Part shown: in pieces, positions 1-7,568 of the stretch | How positions within the stretch are numbered: position 1 is the stretch's first letter | Layout: every line of letters starts with the position of its first letter | DNA from: a virus | Lineage: Duplodnaviria > Heunggongvirae > Uroviricota > Caudoviricetes | Virus record (IMG/VR): IMGVR_UViG_2695420747_000002 | Length of the DNA stretch: 12,553 nt | Direction: 5' to 3' (one strand) | Program-made: the position numbers and the translations under genes | The notes under the pieces: model-generated | What the model was told of the DNA's origin: nothing | What the model saw: the letters and a program-made list of their open reading frames with translations, nothing else | Databases searched by the model: none

Positions 1-1
1 T

Positions 2-160
2 CCGAAACTGAATGGAGTGGCTGGCCCGGCATTCCAGGTCATAAAAGACAGTCTGACACTGGGGCTGAATGCGCTGACGTTAACTGATATCACTAAAAAT
101 GCCGCGTACGGCGTCGATATCGGCAGCCTGGTGCTGGAAATCAATAATCCCGCAGTATAA
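2..160 (+). CDS. 3' end of an unidentified upstream phage gene (partial, start outside window)
   Basis: Open frame from the window edge to TAA at 158-160, 23 nt before the R start. Position matches the end of the lysis/late block in P2-like phages, but I do not recognise the peptide (..GVDIGSLVLEINNPAV*). Confidence 0.35.
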   Translation, partial: PKLNGVAGPAFQVIKDSLTLGLNALTLTDITKNAAYGVDIGSLVLEINNPAV

Positions 161-183
161 GGAAGAGCAGGAGAGCAAAACAG

Positions 184-651
184 ATGCTTAAGACAAACAG
201 TCTGCGAGAGTCCATGCTTCATGGATGTCGGTGGTGCCAGGCTAATCCCGAGAAATTCACCATTTTCGTGGAGAGCGGCAACATTGAAACGACCGGAGAA
301 ACGCCCTCGTTTGTTTACCGCTATCAGATGGTGATGTTTGTCATGGATTACGCCGGAGAGCTGGACGACCTCACGCTGCCGCTGCTGGCGTGGTTATCCG
401 AAAATCAGCCACAGTTGTTGCTCAATCCGGAGCGTAATCAGGACATCAAATTTTCCGCCGTTATCAATGACGATGACAGCGCCGATCTCCTGTTTACGCT
501 CCCCCTGCGGGAACGCGTTCGCATTACGCGCAACAGTCAGGGGACACCGCAGGCAGAACACCTGCAGGAGCCAAAACCCCGTCTGCCCTCTTCCGAAGGC
601 GACTGGTCGCATGTATTCCAGGATGTGACGTGGGGTGAAAGCGATGGATAA
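184..651 (+). CDS. R: tail completion protein, P2 gpR-like
   Basis: 155 aa ORF, the same length as P2 gpR, with recalled similarity (MLK..SLR.., LAWL.ENQP). GGAGAG RBS upstream; lies directly before S-V-W-J-I-H. Confidence 0.65.
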   Translation: MLKTNSLRESMLHGCRWCQANPEKFTIFVESGNIETTGETPSFVYRYQMVMFVMDYAGELDDLTLPLLAWLSENQPQLLLNPERNQDIKFSAVINDDDSADLLFTLPLRERVRITRNSQGTPQAEHLQEPKPRLPSSEGDWSHVFQDVTWGESDG

Positions 652-1279
652 GGCATTCACCCGCGTGGATGAAACCTTTGAGGCCATCCGCGACAGCCTG
701 AATCAGCAGGCCATCAATAACATCGCCAGAAAGCTGGCACAGGATTTACGCCGCGCCCAGCAGGCGCGTATCCGGTCACAGAAAGCGCCGGACGGGACCG
801 CATGGACACCACGCAGACGCCGCGTAACCCGGATACAGGAACGTATTCGCTTTATCTGGAATAACGAAGCACGCACGCTGAAAAACTGGCATCACGACAC
901 GGGGAAATACGGGCGAACCATTACCGGGTGGGATGAGGATAAAAACAATATCCGCACGTTTTACCGGGATGACATCGACCGTTTTCTGGAAATACGCACC
1001 CGGCGCATCAACCAGGACAGCACAAAGCGCGTCCCCATGTTCGTAAAACTGCGCACCGCCCGCTACCTGAAAGCCGGTGCAGATGCTTCCGGTGTGACGG
1101 TGGGTTACAGCGGCGTGGCCGCACGTATTGCACGCGTTCATCAGTTCGGTGAGCGCGATCAGGTTTCGCCGGGCATTTTCACCGATTACCCGGTACGTGA
1201 GCTGTTGGGTATCAGCCAGGCAGATGAACGCCTGATTTATAACACCGTGCTGGGCCGGATTGCGGAGGCTGTACGGTGA
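635..1279 (+). CDS. S: virion morphogenesis / tail completion protein, P2 gpS-like, longer than P2 S
   Basis: ORF-track start is GTG at 635; ATG at 644 overlaps the R stop (ATGGATAA) and is an equally plausible start. C-terminal region (..ARIARVHQFGERD..) resembles the gpS family; position between R and V. Confidence 0.55.
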   Translation: MKAMDKAFTRVDETFEAIRDSLNQQAINNIARKLAQDLRRAQQARIRSQKAPDGTAWTPRRRRVTRIQERIRFIWNNEARTLKNWHHDTGKYGRTITGWDEDKNNIRTFYRDDIDRFLEIRTRRINQDSTKRVPMFVKLRTARYLKAGADASGVTVGYSGVAARIARVHQFGERDQVSPGIFTDYPVRELLGISQADERLIYNTVLGRIAEAVR

Positions 1280-1857
1280 GCGCAGAACTCATGCGACTGC
1301 TGAGCAACATCATCCGCACCGGGATCATCTCTGAAGTTGATGAGAAGTCCTGGCTCGTGCGCGTTCGCAGCGGCGAACTGGAAACAGGCTGGCTGCGCTG
1401 GAACACCACGCGCGCGGGAGCCTTCAATGTGTGGCTGCCGCCATCACCAGGCGAACAGGTGGTAATTGCCTGCATTGGCGGCAACCCGGAAACCGCCATG
1501 ATAATCGGCAGCCTGTGGAGTGATGCCATTCCGGCACCCGGCAAAAGCCTGAAAGAAATCGTGGTCAGCGCGCCGGATGGCGCGGTGTTCCGCTACGACG
1601 CGGACGCAGGCGCACTGAGCGCCAGCGGCATGAAAACAGCCACCCTGCAGGCATCCGTCAGCGTGACACTGGACACGCCCGTCGTGGAATGCACAGACCT
1701 TCTGAGAACTGCGATGCTTGACGTCACAAAAGGAGGAAAGATGAGCGGCAATATCACGCACAGCGGCGGCAACTTCACCTCAAACGGCATTACCGTGCAT
1801 ACGCATAAACACGGTGGCGTGAAAGGTGGCAGCGATTCGACAGGAGGCCCGCAGTGA
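1276..1857 (+). CDS. V: baseplate assembly protein V (spike), P2 gpV-like
   Basis: 193 aa; GTG start overlaps the S stop (GTGA). Recalled gpV motifs (NIIRTGII.., ..HTHKHGG..); position in the V-W-J-I order. Confidence 0.8.
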   Translation: MSAELMRLLSNIIRTGIISEVDEKSWLVRVRSGELETGWLRWNTTRAGAFNVWLPPSPGEQVVIACIGGNPETAMIIGSLWSDAIPAPGKSLKEIVVSAPDGAVFRYDADAGALSASGMKTATLQASVSVTLDTPVVECTDLLRTAMLDVTKGGKMSGNITHSGGNFTSNGITVHTHKHGGVKGGSDSTGGPQ

Positions 1858-2204
1858 CAACCCGCTACACAGGAATGAATCCGGACGGGACGGGAAACCT
1901 GAACGATATGGAGCACCTGAAACAGTCAGTCAGGGATATCCTGACCACCCCGCTGGCAAGCCGGGTTATGCGACGGGAATATGGCAGCCTTGTGCCTGAT
2001 TTGATTGACGAACCCATGAATAACACCACGCGTCTGCAATGCATGAGTGCTGCCGTGATTGCGCTGACACGATGGGAACCCCGCATTGCCCTGGATGCCA
2101 TCGACGTTGTCTGGAAAGCGGGAGGCCGCGCCGGGGTGACGCTGTCGGGCACTGTCATGCAGACCATGCAGAATGTTGAATTAACCATCACGCTAAGGGA
2201 GTAA
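1854..2204 (+). CDS. W: baseplate wedge protein W (GPW/gp25 family)
   Basis: 116 aa against 115 aa for P2 gpW; GTG start overlaps the V stop (GTGA) and is preceded by AGGAGG; synteny. Confidence 0.75.
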   Translation: MTTRYTGMNPDGTGNLNDMEHLKQSVRDILTTPLASRVMRREYGSLVPDLIDEPMNNTTRLQCMSAAVIALTRWEPRIALDAIDVVWKAGGRAGVTLSGTVMQTMQNVELTITLRE

Positions 2205-2207
2205 ATC

Positions 2208-3104
2208 ATGCCCGCCGTTGACCTTTCACAGTTACCGGACCCCGCCATCATCGCGGAGCCTGACTTTGAGGCAATTCTGGCTGACACAAAGGCCATGATA
2301 ATTGCGGCTTATCCCGCCGAACAGCGTGAAGCCGTTTCCGCCGCGCTGGAGCTGGAATCGGAACCCCTTAACGTTATCGCTCAAACCATGTCTTTTCGTG
2401 AAATGCTGTTACGCCAGCGGGTTAACGAGGGGGCACGCGCCTGCATGTTAAGCCACAGCGCCGGGACAGACCTGGACAACCTAGCGGGCAATATGAACAC
2501 AAAGCGCCTGGTTATCACTCCGGCAACGGATACCACCGACGCGGTGATGGAGAGCGACACCTCGCTGAGACTGCGGGCGCAGCGGGCGTATGACGGCCTG
2601 AGTGTTGCTGGCCCGTCAGGTGCATACGAGTATTTTGCACGCAGCGCCAGCGGTCTGGTGCGTGATGCGCGGGCCATCAGCCCGTCTCCGGCCTGTGTGA
2701 CGGTTTCCATTCTGTCCACTGAAGGCGACGGCACAGCAACGGAGGCGTTGCTTAATACCGTTCGCGCCGTTCTGAATGCAGAGGATACCCGCCCGGTGGC
2801 CGACCGCCTGACGGTACAGAGCGCCAGCATCGTGACATGGCGGCTGAATGCAAAACTGTACTTTTATCCCGGCCCGGAATCCGAACCTATTCTGGCCGCG
2901 GCGGAATCGTCATTCAGGAAGTGGCTGGCTGAACAGGGGCTTATCGGTCAGGACGTGGCGTTGTCCGCCATTGCTGCCGCACTGCATGTGCACGGTGTGC
3001 AACGCGTGGAGATAACCGAACCCACACAGAATATGGCCATCAGCGACATACAGGCGGCGCGCTGTGAGTCATTCACCATCAGCGAAGGTGGGCGCAATGA
3101 GTAA
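2208..3104 (+). CDS. J: baseplate protein J, P2 gpJ-like
   Basis: 298 aa against about 302 aa for P2 gpJ; AGGGAG RBS before the ATG; synteny between W and I. Confidence 0.8.
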   Translation: MPAVDLSQLPDPAIIAEPDFEAILADTKAMIIAAYPAEQREAVSAALELESEPLNVIAQTMSFREMLLRQRVNEGARACMLSHSAGTDLDNLAGNMNTKRLVITPATDTTDAVMESDTSLRLRAQRAYDGLSVAGPSGAYEYFARSASGLVRDARAISPSPACVTVSILSTEGDGTATEALLNTVRAVLNAEDTRPVADRLTVQSASIVTWRLNAKLYFYPGPESEPILAAAESSFRKWLAEQGLIGQDVALSAIAAALHVHGVQRVEITEPTQNMAISDIQAARCESFTISEGGRNE

Positions 3105-3705
3105 TTCACTGTTACCACCATCAGCCAGCAATTTCATGCGTTGTGCCGAAGCCGTCGGAACACGCATTACAGACATTCCGGTAGACCTCAACACGCTGTG
3201 GTCGCCGGACACCTGCCCGGTGCATCTGCTGCCTTATCTCGCCTGGGCGTTTTCCGTTGACCGCTGGGATCGCAACTGGCCGGAAGAGACAAAGCGACAG
3301 GTGATTCGTGATGCATGGCTGACACACCGACACAAAGGGACCATCAGCGCACTGCGAAGAGCCGTGGAGCCTCTCGGCTACCTGATTGAAGTAAAGGAGT
3401 GGTGGCAACTCAACGAGGAGCCAGGAACATTTCGCATTGTTGTCGGAGTACTTGATCAGGGCATCACCGATGAAATGTATCAGGAACTTGAGCGCCTTAT
3501 TGCGGATGCAAAACCAGTAAGTCGCCATCTGACGGGGCTGGCGATCAGCCTGAGTGTGAACGGAAAGATTTTCGTTGGTACGGGATGCTATCACGGCGAT
3601 GCCCTGACGGTTTATCCCTACACCCCGGAGTCTATTATTGTCGAAGGGGATTATTTCCCTGCCCCGGCCATTCATTTAATTGATAATCTGAGAGTAAACG
3701 CATGA
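3097..3705 (+). CDS. I: baseplate / tail protein I, P2 gpI-like
   Basis: The ORF track gives 3064, but ATG at 3097 has an AGGTGG RBS and overlaps the J stop by 8 nt, so it is the likelier start (202 aa). Sits directly before the tail fibre gene. Confidence 0.7.
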   Translation: MSNSLLPPSASNFMRCAEAVGTRITDIPVDLNTLWSPDTCPVHLLPYLAWAFSVDRWDRNWPEETKRQVIRDAWLTHRHKGTISALRRAVEPLGYLIEVKEWWQLNEEPGTFRIVVGVLDQGITDEMYQELERLIADAKPVSRHLTGLAISLSVNGKIFVGTGCYHGDALTVYPYTPESIIVEGDYFPAPAIHLIDNLRVNA

Positions 3706-5717
3706 CAGCGAAATACTACGCCATTCTGACTAATCAGGGCGCGGAACGACTGGCTAACGCGACGATGCTCGGCAGTAAGCTGAATTTGACGCAAATGGCC
3801 GTTGGTGATGCAAATGGTGTGTTACCAACACCAAACCCTGCACAAACAAAACTGATTAACCAGAAACGCATTGCACCGCTGAATCTTCTGAATGTTGACT
3901 CTAACAATCAGAGCCAGATTATTGCGGAGCAAATCATCCCTGAAGACGAGGGAGGATTCTGGATCCGTGAGATTGGTCTTTATGATGATAAAGGTGTACT
4001 CATTGCGGTGGCAAACTGCCCGGAAACGTACAAACCGCAGTTGCAGGAAGGCAGTGGACGCACCCAGACTATCCGCATGATTCTGGTTGTCACGAACACC
4101 AAAGCCATCACGCTGAAAATCGACCCGTCTGTGGTTCTGGCAACCCGCAAATATGTGGATGATAAAATCTCAAAGCACGAGCAGTCACGACGTCACCCGG
4201 ACGCCTCGCTGACCGCAAAAGGCTTTGTTCAACTCAGTAGCGCCACTAACAGCGATTCTGAAACGCTGGCTGCAACGCCGAAAGCGGTTAAGGCCGCGTA
4301 TGACCTTGCTAACGCAAAATATACCGCTCAGGACGCCACGACGGCACGAAAAGGCATTGTCCAGCTCAGTAGCGCCACCAACAGCGATTCAGAAACGCTG
4401 GCGGCAACACCAAAGGCGGTAAAGGCAGCCTATGACCTTGCTAACGGGAAATATACCGCACAGGACGCCACGACGGCACAAAAAGGAATTGTCCAGCTCA
4501 GTAGTGCAACCAACAGCACATCTGAAACGCTTGCTGCAACACCGAAAGCAGTGAAAGCAGCTAATGACAATGCGAATGGTCGGGTACCTTCTGCCCGTAA
4601 GGTGAATGGTAAGGCGCTTTCGGCGGATATAACACTGACGCCGAAAGATATTGGTACGCTTAACTCAACAACAATGTCATTCAGCGGTGGTGCTGGTTGG
4701 TTCAAATTAGCAACGGTAACCATGCCACAGGCGAGTTCTGTTGTTTCAATTACGTTGATTGGTGGCGCTGGATTTAACGTCGGTTCACCTCAACAGGCAG
4801 GTATATCTGAACTTGTTTTGCGTGCAGGTAATGGTAATCCGAAGGGGATTACTGGTGCTTTATGGCAGCGCACATCGACAGGGTTTACAAATTTTGCCTG
4901 GGTCAATACATCTGGTGATACTTACGATATTTACGTTGCAATCGGAAATTATGCGACTGGTGTAAATATTCAATGGGATTATACCAGTAATGCCAGCGTG
5001 ACGATTCATACGTCACCAGCATATTCTGCTAATAAGCCGGAAGGGTTAACGGACGGTACAGTTTATTCACTCTATACGCCATCAGAGCAGTTTTATCCGC
5101 CTGGCGCACCAATCCCGTGGCCATCGGATACCGTTCCGTCTGGTTATGCCCTGATGCAGGGGCAGACTTTTGACAAATCTGCATACCCAAAACTTGCAGC
5201 GGCTTATCCGTCAGGCGTGATCCCTGATATGCGTGGCTGGACGATTAAGGGCAAACCCGCCAGTGGCCGGGCCGTATTGTCTCAGGAACAGGACGGCATT
5301 AAATCGCACACCCACAGCGCCAGCGCATCCAGTACGGATTTGGGTACGAAAACCACATCGTCGTTTGATTACGGGACGAAAACAACCTCACTATTTGACT
5401 ATGGGACCAAAACTACCAGTAACGACGGGAGTCACACGCATTCAATACCAACATCAGATGGTGCAAACCAGGGGGGGAAAATTCCACTGACATCTGGGCG
5501 TCTGGCAACTCAATATACATCAGCAACAACAGGTTCCTCTGGCTCACATTCTCATACTGTAGGTATTGGTTCTCATCAGCACACTGTCGGTATTGGTGCA
5601 CACACGCACTCCGTTGCGATTGGCTCACATGGACACACCATCACCGTTAACGCTGCTGGTAACGCGGAAAACACCGTCAAAAACATCGCATTTAACTATA
5701 TTGTGAGGCTTGCATAA
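3702..5717 (+). CDS. H: tail fibre protein, P2 gpH-like N-terminus with lambda Stf-like C-terminus
   Basis: 671 aa. N-terminus has the P2 gpH motifs ([67 protein letters not shown]). C-terminus ..[16 protein letters not shown] is the conserved end of lambda-type side tail fibres. ATG overlaps the I stop (ATGA). Confidence 0.9.
   Translation: MTAKYYAILTNQGAERLANATMLGSKLNLTQMAVGDANGVLPTPNPAQTKLINQKRIAPLNLLNVDSNNQSQIIAEQIIPEDEGGFWIREIGLYDDKGVLIAVANCPETYKPQLQEGSGRTQTIRMILVVTNTKAITLKIDPSVVLATRKYVDDKISKHEQSRRHPDASLTAKGFVQLSSATNSDSETLAATPKAVKAAYDLANAKYTAQDATTARKGIVQLSSATNSDSETLAATPKAVKAAYDLANGKYTAQDATTAQKGIVQLSSATNSTSETLAATPKAVKAANDNANGRVPSARKVNGKALSADITLTPKDIGTLNSTTMSFSGGAGWFKLATVTMPQASSVVSITLIGGAGFNVGSPQQAGISELVLRAGNGNPKGITGALWQRTSTGFTNFAWVNTSGDTYDIYVAIGNYATGVNIQWDYTSNASVTIHTSPAYSANKPEGLTDGTVYSLYTPSEQFYPPGAPIPWPSDTVPSGYALMQGQTFDKSAYPKLAAAYPSGVIPDMRGWTIKGKPASGRAVLSQEQDGIKSHTHSASASSTDLGTKTTSSFDYGTKTTSLFDYGTKTTSNDGSHTHSIPTSDGANQGGKIPLTSGRLATQYTSATTGSSGSHSHTVGIGSHQHTVGIGAHTHSVAIGSHGHTITVNAAGNAENTVKNIAFNYIVRLA
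4218..4570 (+). repeat. in-frame tandem repeat inside the tail fibre gene (135-bp unit, about 2.6 copies)
   Basis: Units at 4218-4352, 4353-4487 and a partial third from 4488 encode GF/[43 protein letters not shown]. Copies differ by scattered, mostly synonymous substitutions. Confidence 0.75.
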
Positions 5718-6295
5718 TGGCATTCAGAATGAGTGAACAATCACGGACCATAAAAATTTATAATCTACTGACCGGAACCAATGAGTTTATTGGTGAAGGT
5801 GATGCATACATTCCACCTCATACAGGTCTGCCAGCAAACAGTACCGATATTGCCCCGCCAGATATTCCGGCTGGCTTCGTGGCCGTTTTCAACAGTGATG
5901 AGGCATCGTGGCATCTCGTTGAAGACCATCGGGGTAAAACGGTTTATGACGTGGCATCAGGGGACTCGTTATTTATTTCTGAACTCGGTCCATTACCGGA
6001 AAATGTTACCTGGTTGTCGCCGTATGGAGAGTATCAGAAGTGGAACGGCACATCCTGGGGGAAAGATGCAGAAGCAGAAAAACTGTTTCGGATAAGGGAG
6101 GCGGAAGAAACAAAAAACAGCCTGATGCAGGTAGCCAGTGAGCATATTGCACCACTTCAGGATGCTATAGATTTAGATATTGCGACGGAGGAAGAGACAT
6201 CGTTACTGGCTGCATGGAAGACATATCGAGTATTGTTGCATCGTGTTGATACAACAGTAGCAGCAGATATTGAGTGGCCAGTCGCCCCACAATAA
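5717..6295 (+). CDS. tfa: tail fibre assembly chaperone (Tfa family; functional equivalent of P2 G)
   Basis: 192 aa; begins [52 protein letters not shown].., which I recall as near-identical to lambda/E. coli Tfa proteins. ATG overlaps the H stop (TAATG). Confidence 0.9.
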   Translation: MAFRMSEQSRTIKIYNLLTGTNEFIGEGDAYIPPHTGLPANSTDIAPPDIPAGFVAVFNSDEASWHLVEDHRGKTVYDVASGDSLFISELGPLPENVTWLSPYGEYQKWNGTSWGKDAEAEKLFRIREAEETKNSLMQVASEHIAPLQDAIDLDIATEEETSLLAAWKTYRVLLHRVDTTVAADIEWPVAPQ

Positions 6296-6332
6296 AAAGA
6301 AAAAGCCATCGATAGAAATATCGATGGCTTTA
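6296..6332. terminator. hairpin shared by the converging tfa and acetyltransferase genes; intrinsic terminator for the minus-strand gene, at most weak in the plus direction
   Basis: Perfect 13-bp inverted repeat AAAGCCATCGATA (6302-6314), loop GAAA, TATCGATGGCTTT (6319-6331). Minus-sense it is followed by TTTTTCTTTTTT; plus-sense it follows the tfa stop by 7 nt. Confidence 0.6.
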
Positions 6333-6338
6333 TGTACT

Positions 6339-6911
6339 CTATTTATACAATACAGCACCGCTCTTTTTAGTTATATATGTGCAGTTCGATGGTATATCTT
6401 TATTTATAAAAGACATTGCACCTATTTTTACATTATCCCCAATTTTACGGGATAATCCAATGATGCAACAATTAGCTCCGATATCAACGTTGCTACCAAT
6501 TTTTACTCTTGAACCAGGTATGTCACCATCTATCTGTCCAATGGTCGTATTCTGTCGTAACACCAGATTTTCACCAGCATCAACAGCAAAATGAACAACA
6601 ATTCCAGCATGATGGGGAATTGTTAACCCTTTTCCAATATTTGCGCCCAATCCAATTTCGCAACCAAATTTGTTAATTATTTTACTGTTTAACTTCTTGG
6701 CTGCTTTCTTATGTAATTTATTACCATTAATATACATTTCGTTAGCCAACCGCCACCAGAAAAGGAAATTCCTGTTACGCTGCTTTTTCTCTCTTAAAAG
6801 CCTCCAGATATCCATACGTTTCCGCCGAATTACTTCATGTTTCCAGAAGTTTTTTAAATTAGTAGAGTTCCCAAATAAAACAAAGTGAATTGCCATTAGG
6901 TAAGACAGCAC
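6339..6911 (-). CDS. hexapeptide-repeat acyltransferase, serine O-acetyltransferase (CysE/WbbJ/WcaB)-like; cargo (moron) gene
   Basis: Left-handed beta-helix repeats (GCEIGLGANIGKGLTIPHHAGIVVH..., ..KIGSNVDIGANCCIIGLSRKIGDNVKIGAMSFINKDIP) align by eye with the CysE catalytic domain, including a His in the position of the catalytic His. The ORF is open to GTG at 6944, but GTG at 6911 follows AAGGAG (6918-6923) by 6 nt and is the likelier start; ATG at 6896 is another option. Markedly AT-rich compared with flanking genes. Confidence 0.7.
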   Translation of the reverse strand: MLSYLMAIHFVLFGNSTNLKNFWKHEVIRRKRMDIWRLLREKKQRNRNFLFWWRLANEMYINGNKLHKKAAKKLNSKIINKFGCEIGLGANIGKGLTIPHHAGIVVHFAVDAGENLVLRQNTTIGQIDGDIPGSRVKIGSNVDIGANCCIIGLSRKIGDNVKIGAMSFINKDIPSNCTYITKKSGAVLYK

Positions 6912-6962
6912 GATAATCTCCTTAATTATTATTTCAGACCACACATGTTATAAGGTTAAGAG

Positions 6963-6991
6963 ATTATAAAATCCTGTTGTTTATTATTCAA
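6963..6991 (-). promoter_or_regulatory. candidate sigma70 promoter for the acetyltransferase gene
   Basis: Minus-sense TTGAAT (6991-6986), 17-bp spacer, perfect TATAAT (6968-6963), AT-rich upstream; about 45 nt upstream of the preferred start. Confidence 0.45.
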
Positions 6992-7067
6992 AAACAATTT
7001 TCTGAGAAGGACATACAACAGCAAGTCGCCAGTCACCTTCATCAGGAAATTGGCGACATACGTTAAA

Positions 7068-7562
7068 TCAGAGCAGCCCCTTAACTGAGCTGGCCGCGCT
7101 ATTAAGGGATGATGTCACCTTATCTTTGAAGCCGGACAACATATCGCTGAACGATGAGGATTGCAGGCGCTCCCGCAAATCCTCATCACAGCGTTCAAGA
7201 GTCAGTGAAAATTCTATCTTTTTCGCCTTACCGTAGCGATCAAACTCGGAACGGGTCGTATTCGTTTCAGTCAGTACATACATGCCGTAAATCTGCCCGA
7301 CACCATCAATCAGAGGCCAGGGCCGTCCTGTATATGCCTGCGTGGTCAGCAATGAAAGCGACACTTCGCCACCTGTAATTTCAGGATAAAGCACGCCGGA
7401 AAGCACAATGCGATCATCACCTGCACCGATATACTGCCAGCTTGCTGAACGGTTAACGCGTTCATTTTTCACATGCCGCCAGCTTTTGTTTTGCTGTAAC
7501 TGCTGATGCGGCAATGTGCGCAGCTCAAAAACAAACATGCCGTAGATCATCATCATGACCAT
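7068..7562 (-). CDS. U: tail protein U, P2 gpU-like
   Basis: 164 aa against 159 aa for P2 gpU. Recalled motifs (MMM..GMFVF...LPHQ, GVLYPE.TGG, PW.L.DG.G.IYGMYV, ..F.LTL.R.DE); GAGGAG before the ATG; directly downstream of T. Confidence 0.8.
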   Translation of the reverse strand: MVMMMIYGMFVFELRTLPHQQLQQNKSWRHVKNERVNRSASWQYIGAGDDRIVLSGVLYPEITGGEVSLSLLTTQAYTGRPWPLIDGVGQIYGMYVLTETNTTRSEFDRYGKAKKIEFSLTLERCDEDLRERLQSSSFSDMLSGFKDKVTSSLNSAASSVKGLL

Positions 7563-7568
7563 GACTCC

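Noticed and set aside
338-687. Overlapping ORFs 338-628 (plus) and 394-687 (minus) within the R gene
   Set aside because: Embedded in or antisense to the gpR-like gene; no independent support.
4218-5636. Possible CRISPR array or diversity-generating retroelement target, given the repeats in the fibre gene
   Set aside because: The repeats are in-frame coding units with no spacer structure, and there is no reverse transcriptase or template repeat in the window.
6270-6888. Plus-strand small ORFs (6270-6455, 6379-6594, 6670-6888) in the AT-rich island
   Set aside because: They are antisense to the acetyltransferase-like gene, which has a coherent domain, promoter, RBS and terminator. AT-rich DNA also rarely yields long spurious ORFs, so the single long minus-strand ORF is the real gene.
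5717-6944. Invertible tail-fibre segment (Mu G-segment or Pin/Gin-type shufflon), suggested by the opposite-strand gene right after tfa
   Set aside because: No invertase gene, no alternative fibre C-terminus or second tfa in inverse orientation, and no flanking crossover-site inverted repeats; the opposite-strand gene is an acetyltransferase-like cargo gene.
7021-7067. Inverted repeat GTCGCCA/TGGCGAC downstream of U as a possible terminator
   Set aside because: Only a 7-bp stem with a 19-nt loop and no convincing T-run; transcription more likely ends at the strong hairpin at 6302-6331.
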